A DNA stretch of 64,000 nucleotides, taken from assembly GCF_009914755.1 (NCBI RefSeq), contig NC_060947.1; one strand, 5' to 3'. Below the pieces are notes generated by a model. That model did no database searches. It saw nothing but the letters and a program-made list of their open reading frames with translations, and was not told the origin of the DNA. The translations under genes and the position numbers were made by a program. Source of the stretch: the human T2T-CHM13v2.0 reference genome, Homo sapiens. This document shows positions 1-14,232 of the stretch, in pieces. How positions within the stretch are numbered: position 1 is the first letter of the stretch; every line of letters starts with the position of its first letter.

Positions 1-1003
1 TCATAAATGTGATTGCTCACTGGTGATGTGTTGTGCTGATAGATGCACTTGCCCATTAAGTTTGACCCTAGACTATCATCAAATTTCCCATAGTGCATCT
101 AGCAAGTTTCATTACTGACTTGGGTCAGATTGAAATTATCAGGCTAAAGCTAAAGTCCCTTGACCCAGTTCATTCCTCCTTGCTATCATTCTGTAAGGGA
201 TTTCATTTTTTTCCTTACAGAATTTTGCTGCAGAATCTGAGAAGGTTAGGAAAACAGGATATTCAGATGAAAGGAAGATAATGATAATTGGATCTCTACC
301 CCACCCCATCTCACCCCCAAACTAATCAATTTTTATATTGCCAACTGTGTCAATTCTTATATTTATAATAAATTTTCAGAAACACAAAATGGTTGCATGA
401 TCTTCTGTGAAACTAGTACTAAGTGGGTGATACTTTCTTAACGGATGCATAAGCCTCTGACAGAATGATTCTGTGAGGATCACAGACAACAACCAGCACC
501 CCTTCACTGCCAGCAGATGGCTCAAGTGAAAAAAGAGTTGCACCCAAAAGGCCATGTTGTGTGTGGTGCAACTAGCAAAGTCCCTAATCACCACCCATTA
601 CGACTTAAGAAGTAAAAGTATTATATAACTGAGGATATCCAGTTAATAAATATTTCTTTATTACCTACTATGTACAACTCACGGAATATCCATGCAATCT
701 ATGCCCGAGGTATATTAAAGTACAGGAAGAAATAACCTAGTCATTATTCAAATTTATCTACAAGTATAATTTCCCACAGTTTTCTTATTCTTTACCAAAA
801 ACAAAATATAGAAAGAGTTTTGCTATAATCATCACTATCTGAGTCAGCCTTATCCCAGCATCTATGTGCTGTTGATAGTAACAGTCCACTGCCACATAGA
901 TGCTGAAGATACCCACAAGGATTTGAATTCCATGTGAGGAATAAATAATGAAGAACCTAATGGAGCATACACTCATCTCTAATTAAATGATCTCTTTAGT
1001 CAT

Positions 1004-1882
1004 TATATTAGTCAGGGTTCTCCAGAGAAACAGAACCAATAGTATGTGTGTGTATGTGTATCTGTGTATATGTGTGTGTATATATGTATATATTAAATAT
1101 GTTATATCTGCGTATATGTGTATATAACATATATGTATATACACATATACACACATATGCAGATATAACATATTTAATATATGTATATATAACCATGAAT
1201 ATAATGATATAAAATATTTAATATATGTACACAAATATATTAATATAAAATATTTAATATATGCATATGTAAAATATACTTAAAATATTTAATATATGTA
1301 TATATATCCTTAAAGAAATTTATTACAAGGATCATCTCATAAAATTATGGAGGCCATAAAATATTATAGATATAAAATATTTAATAAATATTAAAACATT
1401 TATAAAATATCTAATATATAAAATATTTAATATATGTGTATATATATCCATAAAGAAATTTATTACAAGGATTGGATCATAAAATTATGGAAGCTGAGAA
1501 GACCCAAGATCTGCAGTTAGACCCAGGAGAGCCTATGGTGCACTTCTAGTCTGAAAGCTGCCAGGCTCAAGATCCAGGAAGAGCCAACATTTAAGTTCAA
1601 GTCTAAAGGCAGAAAAAGACCAGTGTTCCAGGTCAAAATCAGTCAGGCATAAGAAGCGCCTTCTTATTCGTGGGAGGTTCAGCCTTTTTGCTCTACTCAG
1701 ACCTTCAACTAATTGGATGATACCCACTCATACTAGGGAGGGCAATCTGCTTTACTCAGCCTACCAGTGCAAATGTTCATCTCATCTAAAAACACCCTCA
1801 CAAACACACCCAGAAGAACATTTGACCAACTATCTTGGCACTCTGTTCCAGGTCAAGTTGACACATAAAATTAACTATCACA
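1004..1882 (-). mobile_element. ERVL LTR, MLT2 family (solo LTR)
   Basis: Starts TATTAGTCAGGGTTCTCCAGAGAAACAGAACCAATAG and ends CAAGTTGACACATAAAATTAACTATCACA, the reverse complements of the MLT2 3' and 5' termini. Confidence 0.9.
1043..1450. repeat. (TG/TA)n and AT-rich low-complexity expansion inside the MLT2 LTR
   Basis: Degenerate TATG/TATA runs and recurring TAAAATATTTAATATATG units. Confidence 0.9.
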
Positions 1883-3339
1883 CTAATGAAAGACTTTGGT
1901 CGAAAGTCTTTTTTGAGTCTATGACTCAAAGCTGGAAGTCTAGGTGTGGAAAAATCTAATAATTTTATATCAATTATTATAAAAGCTACATTAAATATTA
2001 CTTGAAGAAGAAAATGAGAATCACCAAGAAGAGTGATTTTTCCAATCACTGTTAAGGATTCTATTAATTCACATGCTACAGAATTTCAGGAGTGTCAATA
2101 AAATACTAAATCAAAGTGATTAGAGCTGTCACTAGGTATATGACTCTTGATCTTATTTCAATGAACTTGTACAATGAGCTGGCACAGTTGATTGTTATCT
2201 TCTTGACCTACTTTCTTCTCAAAAAGTAGATGTTTCTCTTGGTAGGTGTTATAATTAGTAAATATTTAGTAAAATACTAGTAGGAGTAGGGATGGGTATA
2301 CTAAATAAATGAGTGGGTGAAATCAACATCCAAAACACTATCTGTCCCACGTGAAAGTAAGGAAGAGAACAAAGACCCCAACATATTATTACTAGTTTTA
2401 GCAATTTTTCCAAAACTTGAAACTGTGGTTAGCCGCAGAAATAGAGAAGGAAGCCCCATATCCCAGTATTTTCCCACTGGATGTTATCAGAGGTGGGGCA
2501 TGAAAAGAAGTTGACTTTCTTTTTTTTTTTCCTCTTTCAGTGAAATGGTCTGAAAAAAATAATCCAGGAACCACAGATGTGCCAATGCAAGCCAGAGAAT
2601 GCCAAACTAGAGAGAGCTCCTGTTTATTACTATTTCCACCAAGCAATATGCTTGCCATTTATGGAAAAATCACAAAGCAATTAAAGAGAACTCACACCTT
2701 AGTGATATATTGTTCTGTGTAATTGGTTCTTGAAGATTTTTGCAAGCTTTATCCAAGAGGTTAGGAAATGCCGTTATGCCTTATTGCCTATTATCCAACT
2801 CAGTTTTATGATGACATGCTCTTCCCTTCTGAATACTTTACCTTTCCAACTGGTGAAACAATAAAAAAGAGGCTTTCCATTAAAAAATATTTTCCTTGCC
2901 ACAATGCTGATTCCTCATTCAGCATCATTACTTCACAAATCAAACAATCATATTCCACAGTATATCAGATAAAGGAATACAAACAGGTGAAAACTGCTAA
3001 CTTATTTCTCTCTCTAATGATGCCACAGAGGCAAATATAGCTGTTTTCCTACAGACGATGACAGTGGAATAAATAGATAAATATGTGCAATAGACACAAA
3101 TTGCAAATATTACACGTTTACCAGGACCTGAATGATTGGTGAGTTACTGTATGGAGCACATCTCTAGTTATGATTGATGACATTGCATAAAACAAAGCTC
3201 TGTGGGAAATTTAAAAGGAAGAGTTAGGAAAAAATTAACCACTTCTAGACCCTAAAATATAGCTCTATTTAAGAACACACTGCACAAGAAGTCATTCTTT
3301 TTCCAGGAGGTTTACCTTTCAAATGTAAAATCTGTGGCT

Positions 3340-3870
3340 TTTGCCTTTCAAATTGGCAAATGTTTTTAAATGCTCATAGCCAGTGCCTGTAAAGGTACAG
3401 AGAAACAGATACTCTTATTCATAACTGGAAGAAAATGTGAACTACAAGGAGGGAATTTTATAATTTTCCAACATGTATCAAAATGTATACAATCTTTGCC
3501 CCTGGGATTTCTTGCCTATAAATGTTTCATAAGGAAATATTATAGAAGTGTAAAAATGAGAAAATATTAACTATAAAACTATTCATTACAGTATTTGGTA
3601 TAGAAAAGTTAGAAACAATGTATTTGTGCATTTATAAGGATATCAGTTAAACAAATTATTGTATATCCATATGATAGAATAAGGCCACAAAATGTACTGT
3701 AAAAGTTTACTTAAAGAGATGAAAAATCCCATGATATAGTAAGTGAAACAAGTAAGTTACCAAAGAGTATGATCCAATTTTTACAAAAGTATATAAAATA
3801 TTAACATTAATTCCTCTTGATAATAAACTTGAGTGCTTTTATTTACTTTTTTGTTTGTATTTTCAATAAT
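3340..3870 (+). mobile_element. Ancient L1M (L1ME-like) 3' fragment
   Basis: Degenerate L1 ORF2-end/3'UTR motifs (AAATTGGCAAA, ATTCATTACAGTATT, GTATATCCATATGATAGAATA). Confidence 0.6.
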
Positions 3871-4488
3871 TATCATTTACTATATTTAAATGAGAAAAAA
3901 GTTATTTTAAAAATTGGATATCTGAATTTTTGTTCAGGAACTGGCTCACAAGGAAAAAAGCTAAAGCAAAGCACTTCTAACTAGACTCCCTGGTAGATTT
4001 CTATAAATGTTAGCAAGATGAAATAGCCTAATCAGAGGCTGAACAGAATTCTGCACACAGATTTTCAGTCAACCAATACATTGCAGTTGTTAAATATTTC
4101 AATTTTCAGTAGTTTGATAATTTTCCAATATGATAATACTTAATTCTGAAAGCATCAGTATATTTAACAAGATGTGGGTTATATAATATTGCTAGTTGAC
4201 TTGAAGTGAAACAAATAACAAATACGGAGTCAAAGATATTAATGAGAATTTGTGCAAAGGATAGGAGTAAGATGACATTAAGGCTGCCTACCCCGTCTTT
4301 TGGGGCTAGGCTTCTTATCTAATCTCAAATATTTCTTATTCACAGTTAAACAATATATCATCATAAATTTTTTCTGCTGTCCCCTGGCATTTTTTCATTT
4401 TGACCCAAAACTAAATCCTAAAGCCCATTTTTGTAGAATAAATCAAACTGTCAATTCCCTGCTGGAATCTACAGGCTTAGTCAGCAAA

Positions 4489-4585
4489 CAGCCTGTGTAT
4501 TGATATCCTTGCTCTCATACAAATTTCAAGCTGAGCTGTGTCATCCTGGTCAGTATTTAGCTAGGGGATTTCTAGTCCAGGAACA
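4489..4585 (+). mobile_element. 5S rRNA-derived relic (possible AmnSINE1 head or old 5S pseudogene)
   Basis: AAGCTGAGCTGTGTC..CCTGGTCAGTATTTAGCTAGGGGA resembles the 5S internal promoter AAGCTAAGCAGGGTC..CCTGGTTAGTACTTGGATGGGAGA. Confidence 0.4.
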
Positions 4586-4747
4586 AGTAAGAAAATAGCT
4601 AATGGGAATCATTCTTCTAAATCAGCAATCCCCACTTTGATTTTCAAAAACACTTTTCCTTTCAAAACCAGGTTGCCGTTCATCACTAGTAAAGATATGA
4701 CTTATTATTTCAGGAACCTGATAGGAGAAGTCTGATACCTAAGCTAG

Positions 4748-5204
4748 GTATCAGTCAAAATAGGCTAGGTTATGCTGCAGTAGGGATAACAAAAATAAAA
4801 ACACTAAAATGTCTGTGGCTTAAAATAATAAATGTGTATTTTCTGCTGATGCTACCTTTCTATCATGGGTTGCTGGAGGTGAAGGTGGTACTAGAAGAAT
4901 GATTTTCTCATTGTAGTTACTCAGGGATCTCTCAGGGATTCGGGCTGAGAATGCAGCCACCATCTGGAACATCTCCAGCCAGAGGGAGACAGAGGGAAAG
5001 AAATCTAGAAAGCATCTCACTCGGGCGATTAAATGTTCTCTGCTTTCTGGCCCTGCAATGAGGTATATGACCTTTGCTCACAATCCATTGGCCAACACTA
5101 TGCAGTTCCACCAAGCCACTGGGGAGTCAGGAAGCACAATCTTAAAATGGGGACAGAAAGGGAGAGGAATGACAACTATTTGCAGAAAAGCACCAAAGAC
5201 TATC
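4748..5204 (-). mobile_element. Old MaLR LTR (MLT1J/K-like)
   Basis: TCAGTCAAAATAGGCTAGGTTATGCTGCAGT..GTGGCTTAAAATAATAAATGTGTATTTTCT is the reverse complement of the MLT1 3' end. Confidence 0.7.
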
Positions 5205-5632
5205 TGCTATCGTTTGGATTTTCTCTCCTCCAAACATGTTGAAATTTGATCCCCAGTGTTGAAGAAGGGGCTAAATGTGAGGTGTTTGGGTCATGGGGAC
5301 AGATCCCTCATGAAAAGATTAATGCCCTTCTTCAAGGGTGAGTGAGTTCTCACTCCATCAGTTCCCAAGAGAGCTGACTGTTAAAAGAGTCTGGCATCTG
5401 CTCCCCTCCCTTCTCTCTTGCCTCCTCTCTTGCCATGTTATCTCTACACAGCCAGTTCCCCTTCAACTTCTACCATGAGTGGAAGCAGCTTGAGTCCTCC
5501 ACTAGATGCAGATGCCCAATCTTGAACTTTCAAGGCATCAGAATCATGAGCCAAATACGTCTTTTTTCTCTATAGATTACCCAGCCTCAGGTATTTCTTT
5601 ATAGCAACAGCAACACAAAAAGGACTAAGACA
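5205..5632 (+). mobile_element. MaLR LTR, MST family (MSTB-like), solo LTR
   Basis: TGCTATCGTTTGGAT start and GACTAAGACA end; perfect 5-bp TSD CTATC at 5200-5204 and 5633-5637. Confidence 0.92.
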
Positions 5633-6357
5633 CTATCATACCAAATTTTTCATTTTATCATTTCAATTTCAGTTTACCAAAGCTGTTTCATGTGTATGTC
5701 TGCATGTATGTGTGTGAAAGAGGATGCTTTATATACCTACTTGTAATTTATCATTCTCCCTTCTTCTCAGTTTCATTTTCCCAGTTTTTCTTCATCTTTT
5801 TTAGGCTGTTCATTTGGTAATAGTCTTTTGACAAATATTGGTGTTGTTCAGTAATAACTTTATGAATAACTCTGATTTATAAATTGCCATGCTGTATATT
5901 CTCTTAGGTCAGATCATTTAAGATTGGAAGGTGGTTAACCAAAGGCTTTAAAATGACTAAAATTCCTAGACAAATACTCACAAATTTATTCCATAACTAA
6001 GGGCTCTTGCAACATATCAATAAACAGAAATGGGGTACTAGACAGGATGTAAAAACAGAAATTCAACACTAGTGAACAATTCAAGGGCCTGGATAATGAA
6101 ATTGAAGTACAAGATTTAGTTTATTTACAAGGATAAGGAAATATCCCAGTTACTGAGACAATACCAGACACTGGATGAGCACCACAATATGTTGCTGAAG
6201 AATGGAAGCACTATACCAAACTTCCCTAAACTCCTTCTGATTAAAAATAGCCTTAGTACTACCAGAGATGAAGGTAAAGGCATTCCTGATGGTTGGGACT
6301 AACTGGCTACAGGAACTGAAATGATGTGGAGATAGAGCCTCAAGCAGATGGACTCCA

Positions 6358-6560
6358 CCAGGAGTCACAAACTCAAATATCAAACCTAAACCAGGCAAGA
6401 ATAGCAAATGTGTGAAGCTGGCTTTATACAGCTCAATGGGTGCTAAGAATCCTGTACTGGAACCAACTATGACATCTGCGAACTTACATTGCCTTTCAAA
6501 ACTGTTCATACCAAGCAAAACGTGTCCATACCTACAAACTATCATGAATTTATAGGTACT
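6358..6560 (+). mobile_element. hAT-Charlie DNA transposon relic (MER102-like)
   Basis: CAGGAGTCACAAACTCAAAT..CCAGGCAAG..AAATGTGTGAAGCTGG resembles the MER102 5' terminus. Confidence 0.45.
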
Positions 6561-8599
6561 GGCCCAGTAATTCTAGTCTGGTCCCTCTATCTTATTTTAT
6601 CTTTTCAGTTTCAGCTTATTTACCCCCATATTCTCTGAAGACTATATTTGGACCATATGCCTCTAGACTTCTTGCATTACCAGTTGCCTTGGAAACAACA
6701 TGAGCTTTGTACATCCTGCATTGTTTCTTCATTAACTGTACATTTGTTCTTTTCCATTCACCCGACTTTCTGATTAAACTTTTATCCTGATCATTGGTTT
6801 TACTGAATCTGGTTTGCTGCTTTGATTCAGACTTTCTTTCTTGGGTCCTTCAGTAGATCTTATTTCCTAAAACCTTGCTTAAAACAAAACTTCTCCCATT
6901 CTAGCTTCTTGATGGGCATCCATAATCTACTGCAGCAACATGATAGAACATTTGTTGGATATCTACTGTGCATGAAGATTGACTCTTAATAGTGTGAGTT
7001 AGGTGTCTGAATGCAAATCATGATCTCACTCTTTTTCAATTCCTAGGTTTCCACTCCCACTCACTCCATTCCAAAGAACTGGAATTTCCCCTGACCTTAA
7101 AATCTCCCCTTTGCTATAGCAGATTGTTTTTCCTTGTGAAGACATAACAATTGGTTAATGTTAGCTTGAGTAGATTAGTAGGAGACACAAATTAAGGTGA
7201 TCCTCAAAGTTACTTCCCAGAAACAGCACAATAATCTACAAATCATATCCAAGTTCCCCAAATTAGCAAGCATGCTAACTAAAGAAAGGAGATACACTTT
7301 CCTGGATCCATTCATATTAAAAGAAACTGTAATTCTTAATCTTTTCGTCCAAGTAAAGACTACTAAATTAAATGCAAGGAAAAACAAGTTATGAGAAAAA
7401 ATATAATTTAAGATTCTACAAAATCTCAAAAATTTCAGTCCTGAAAAAACAAGGCCCATGTAGGAACTGTTTCCCAAATTTCTTGACAACACACTTTTCA
7501 AATTGTTCTGTGAAATATTTCTCTTGCCAATAGGAACAAAGGAATGTGCAGGTGTGCATTAGTCATTGAGGTCTACCAGAAAACCAGCCCCCACCCATAG
7601 TTTCCAGGTGCAGAAGGAACCAGGGCATGGCTTGTAAGCTGTGACAGTTAGAGCACTGAACTAAAGTGCATGGAAAATTTCTTTTAAGAGTTGCCAGAGC
7701 TTGGTGGGTAAAGAGACTGATGGCAGTACTGATCTGTGGGTGTGGCTAGAAAGACAATGGGGGGATTAACAATCCCTTTTACACTGGGCAAGCTGGAAAA
7801 CTGTTCATTGACTAGTGGCAGCAACTGCTATTTTGGGAACTAGACTTATTTGTCATTCTTTGTCTTGGATTTCTAGCCAGTTCAAAGCCTTGGCTGAGCT
7901 GCTTTCTCATCTCCCATTCAAAGGGTTTGACCTGGGGATAGAATACTTGGCAGCTTTTAATTAGTGCTCTGCAAGTCTTAGTGCAACACGGCCTTAATCA
8001 CTGCTTTCCAGGACATTCACCTATTTCTTTTTTATTTTTATTTTTTGGACCTTTTCCTTGCTGAATATACTGAGACCTCTTGCCTCTTTTAGCTGTGTGT
8101 GTTCTGGCCCTTTAAACTCATTGTTAACAGTTTAAAATATAAACCATGTTACTTAATGGTGAGTCACAAATACCCACTTATATGGAGGGCAATAATTTTA
8201 GAAATTCTCCCTCCCTCCCATCCTACTCATTCTGAACCTCTATGCACTTACCCTATTTCCATCTAGCTTTGAACCTTGCCTTGACCTGCCTTTGGTCTCT
8301 AAGTTTGACACATTGACTTGATATCTCTGGCATTGTAACCCATTTTCCTCAGTGGTCTTGTTTGACTTTCCCTTGGGTTCCTAGTACCTGTGCTATTAAT
8401 ATCTTCAGTATGTGTCCCTGCTACAGATTTAATCCTGGAAATCCTGATACTGATTTTGGTCTTTAATTAGCACTATAGTCCTCAGTTTCCCAGAGGGTTT
8501 ATTTTCTCTGAAAGGTAGAAGGCATGAACACATCTGTGACCATATTCTCCTCCCTCCCTGTCTAAATTTCATCCCGTTACTGACTTCCTTGAAAAGAAC

Positions 8600-8805
8600 T
8601 CAGGCTTTAGAGTCAAAATTACCTGCAAGTTTGAACCCCAGTTCCACCACTGAATAATGGCATGGCCTTAGGCAAGTTACTTCACCTCTCTGAGCCATAA
8701 ATTCTGTAAAATTAAGGTGTTATTCCCTCTAACAAGATCATGTAACAGTTTACGATATTTGCAAAGCACCTAGTAGATCTTAGGCACTCAATAAATGTTA
8801 GTTCT
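8600..8805 (+). mobile_element. MIR SINE
   Basis: GGCTTTAGAGTCA..CCTTAGGCAAGTTACTTCACCTCTCTGAGCC core and GGCACTCAATAAATGTTAG tail. Confidence 0.85.
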
Positions 8806-9540
8806 CTTCTCGGAGTTAATCCGCTAGTATCTTTTCCACCTCCCAAGTGCAAGTAGTCTTTAAGATTCAGTACTCTGGGGCACGACCGCTCCATCACACC
8901 CATGATTAACAAAAGCATAATTCTAACATCATCAGCAACCAGAAATTTTGTATAAACTAAAAGATTAAGGAAAAATATTCAGAACAGAAGCCAGTAAGCA
9001 GAACAAAGAACACTGACAACTTAAGTAATGAGTTGCCTTGGCCTAAGAGTTTTTATACACTGCCCTTTCGAACATTAGCCAATCCCCAAACATGAATAAT
9101 CTGGGGAGTTTCAATAGAGCCAAGTGGGAGCACATGGTTGAAATCAAGAGCTAAGAGGAAAGGATAGTGAAAGCTTATTGTAGACAATTACTCTCAAAGG
9201 AAGATCTTGAGAACAAGTGTGTCAGGATGAGCCAAGAGAGATGCTCCTCTCACTAAGTTTCTTCTATTTCTAAATATAGTCAGGCCAAAGCTATTATGCC
9301 ACCAGTTAATGTAGAGGAACTGAACCCAAAACTTGAACATATTAAGAACCACCAAAATGCAGCCATGTAGCTGAGTACAGAGAAAAAGAAGGCACTACAT
9401 AGAGCTTTCTGAATATGTCTTCCAGACTTCTTATGATCACATGTAACTTGTAGATTTACAGAAGAATTCTAGGTTCTTCAACAATCATTCCTGAGACAAT
9501 TCTAGGCAACAAAAGGGTAATAAACAGCCTCCCTTCCCTA

Positions 9541-10385
9541 TGTGATAATGTAGGGGCTATCAATCACAGTGATCTCCCTCCCTGACAATACAGATGGCTA
9601 TGTGACCAAAGTTCAGCCAAATATAATACCATATCCTTGTAAGAGATTGGTTTATGTTTGGGTGCACAACTCATACTGTGCCAGAGCCCTTCCATAATAT
9701 ATAATATAGAAACAATAGTAAGTAAAGGGGTTCTCTTCTGTTTTCCTACCAAACATGAGGAAGTAGGCTTGGAGTAATCTTTCTTATTGTATAGAAAAAG
9801 CCTGACCCCACCCTAGCCCCCACCCCCAAAAAAAACAAAATTACAAAAGGAAACTAACTTGAAATAAGGAAAGAAAGGCCAAGTCCTGACAACATCTAAT
9901 GAGCCCCTTGATCCAGATAGATCTCAGGCCAGAATCAACTATTGGACTTTATAGTTATATGAGCTGTTATGGAATGAGTGTTCACACTCCCCCAGCATAT
10001 AAGTTGAAATCCTAATCTCCAATGTGATGATATTTGGAGGTAGAGTCTTTGGGAGATGATAAAGTCATAACGGTACAGCCTTCATGAATGGAATTAGTGA
10101 CCTTATAAAAGAGACCTCAGAGAGCTCTTTCACCTCTTCCACCATGTGAGAACACAGGGAGAAGATAGCCATCTATAAACCAAGGAGTGTGCCCTCACCA
10201 GACACTGAATCTGTTGGTTGTCTTCTTATTGGACTTTCAGCCTCCATAACTGTGAGAAATGAATGTGTGTTAAGTGCCCAGTCAATGGTAATTTGATATA
10301 GCAGCCTGAACTAATTAAGACATGAGTCAATAAAGTCCTTTTGGCTTAAGTTAGTTTTCCGTTGAGTTTTAATTACTTACTACCA
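9541..10385 (+). mobile_element. Old MLT1 (J/K-like) LTR interrupted by a younger MLT1A
   Basis: GGACTTTATAGTTATATGAG[insert]TCAATAAAGTCCTTTTGGCTTAAG is collinear with the MLT1J/K 3' end; 5' boundary approximate. Confidence 0.55.
9965..10322 (+). mobile_element. MaLR LTR MLT1A/MLT1A0, solo LTR
   Basis: TGTTATGGAATGAGTGT start, GTTGAAATCCTAATCTCCAATGTGATG, CTAATTAAGACA end; TSD TGAGC/TGAGT. Confidence 0.88.
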
Positions 10386-10999
10386 CAAGATTACTCACTA
10401 AACTTTTTCAAGCCCAACTCCCTCCCCTACAATAATAAAACCTTGTTTTTAAGAAAGAATAATAGCACTGTGTTAGACTACAATTTGGAATCATGGCAGC
10501 TGCTTCTACCAACTTGCTTACATTTTTTAATCCAAGCGTTTGCACATACATAAATATACTGAAATGTTAACATTTAAAATATTAATTAAAATGAAATAAT
10601 AATTACAAATCCCTAAATCCAGATAATGCTGTGTTCAGCAAGAATTATTTCATATGCATCAAAATAAGCGCATAATAGAACCCTATTCACATGACAATTT
10701 AACCAGAGATTTTCTATTGTAAATCAAGTGAGATAATGTTATAAAGTTTTGAGGGTTTGTGTTTTTTGTAAATTTTAATTAACTAATTATAAATTTTAGG
10801 TTACAGTAAGCTGAATATAGTAGAAAAACACATCTATCTTTGGCATAACATATATTTACTAAAATTCCATCAGAAATAACAAACTCATAACAAGCCAGAT
10901 CACCCCAACTACTCTCTAAACATTTATTCAATAGCTATTCCTCACAGGATACAGATATCTTACAAATTTTAAATATTTGAAATGTGTCACTTAGGTTAT

Positions 11000-13100
<2,101 letters not shown>

Positions 13101-13103
13101 GTT

Positions 13104-13218
13104 GAGAAACCCAGGTGCTTGATACAGGAAGATGTTAGCATTTACAAGAATGGTCCACTGAAGTTGTAACTGACCTTGTAGATGGGCCCAAGGCATATAA
13201 GCTAGAGCCTCAGCAACA
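13104..13218 (-). mobile_element. ERVL LTR33-like 5' fragment
   Basis: Reverse complement TGTTGCTGAGGCTCT..CCTTGGGCCCATCT..GTGGACCATTC..TCAAGCACCTG matches the recalled LTR33 start. Confidence 0.6.
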
Positions 13219-13229
13219 TTTGATATACT

Positions 13230-13770
13230 AACAAGTGCACTCCTTGTTATATGTACCCATATGCAAACCAAAAAAATGCACATGTGAAGCAAAAAAACAT
13301 GAACAAGAATGGTCATAGCAGCCATCTTCATGAGAGCAAAAATATGGAAACAACACAAATATCTACCAATAATAGACTGGATAAGTAAATTGTGGCATAA
13401 TCATATAGCAGAATACTAAACAGCAATTAAAATAAACTACAGCTACAACCAAAAATATAATTAAATGTTTTAGATATGCAAGCCTAATATTCAGCTAAAA
13501 AACAGCAAAGAGCATATAATGTGTGATTCATATACATAAATTTTAAAAAGTAAGCAAAACTAATCAACTGGGATAGAAGTCAGAATAGTGATTTGGGAAG
13601 ATGACATAGTGACTAGAAAGGGGCAACAGGGGAACCTCTGGGATACTGGTAATGAATTATTTCTATCTCAGTAGTGATTTTGTGGGTATGTTAGTTTTGT
13701 TAAAAATTCACCTTCTGTACACTAGTGAGTTGTGGACTTTTCAGTAGGCACTTTAATATAAAGCTTACTT
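13230..13770 (+). mobile_element. Ancient L1ME 3' end
   Basis: CATGAACAAGAATGGTCATAGCAGC, GGATAAGTAAATTGTGG, GATAGAAGTCAGAATAGTG motifs. Confidence 0.75.
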
Positions 13771-13904
13771 AAAACAAGAATTATTAACACAGAACAGATA
13801 ATGCATGGTGGAGTGTTTCAATCATTCATTTATCCTTTCAATAATTATTTATCGAGCACCTACTATAAGTTAATTTGCACTATAGCATTAAGAAAACAAG
13901 TATA

Positions 13905-14197
13905 GGCCAGGTGAAGTGGCTCATGCCTGTAATCCCAACATTTTGGGGGACTGAGGTAGGAAGATGGCTTGAGCCCAGGAATTCAAGACCAGCCCTGGCA
14001 ACATAGCGAGACCCTGTCTCTACAAAAAATTTAAAAATTAGCTGGGTGTGGTGGCGTGTTCCAGTAGTCCCGGCTACTTGGGAGGCTGAGGTGAGAGGAA
14101 TGCTTGAGCCCAGGAGTTCGAGGTTACAGTCAGCTATGATCACTCCACTTCTCTCCAGCCTGGCCAACAGAGAGAGGCCCTGCCTCAAAAAAATATA

Positions 14198-14231
<34 letters not shown>
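13905..14231 (+). mobile_element. Alu (AluJ) with (TAAA)n tail
   Basis: AluJ diagnostics GCTTGAGCCCAGGAGTTCGAGG and CAGCTATGATC; short TSD AAGTATA; sits in an L2 tail. Confidence 0.93.

Positions 14232-14232
<1 letters not shown>

Noticed and set aside
983-1234. Tyr/Ile/His-rich ORFs
   Set aside because: Translations of the TA/TG microsatellite in MLT2
6150-6545. 131-aa minus-strand ORF
   Set aside because: No recognisable domain; overlaps decayed repeat sequence; length expected by chance
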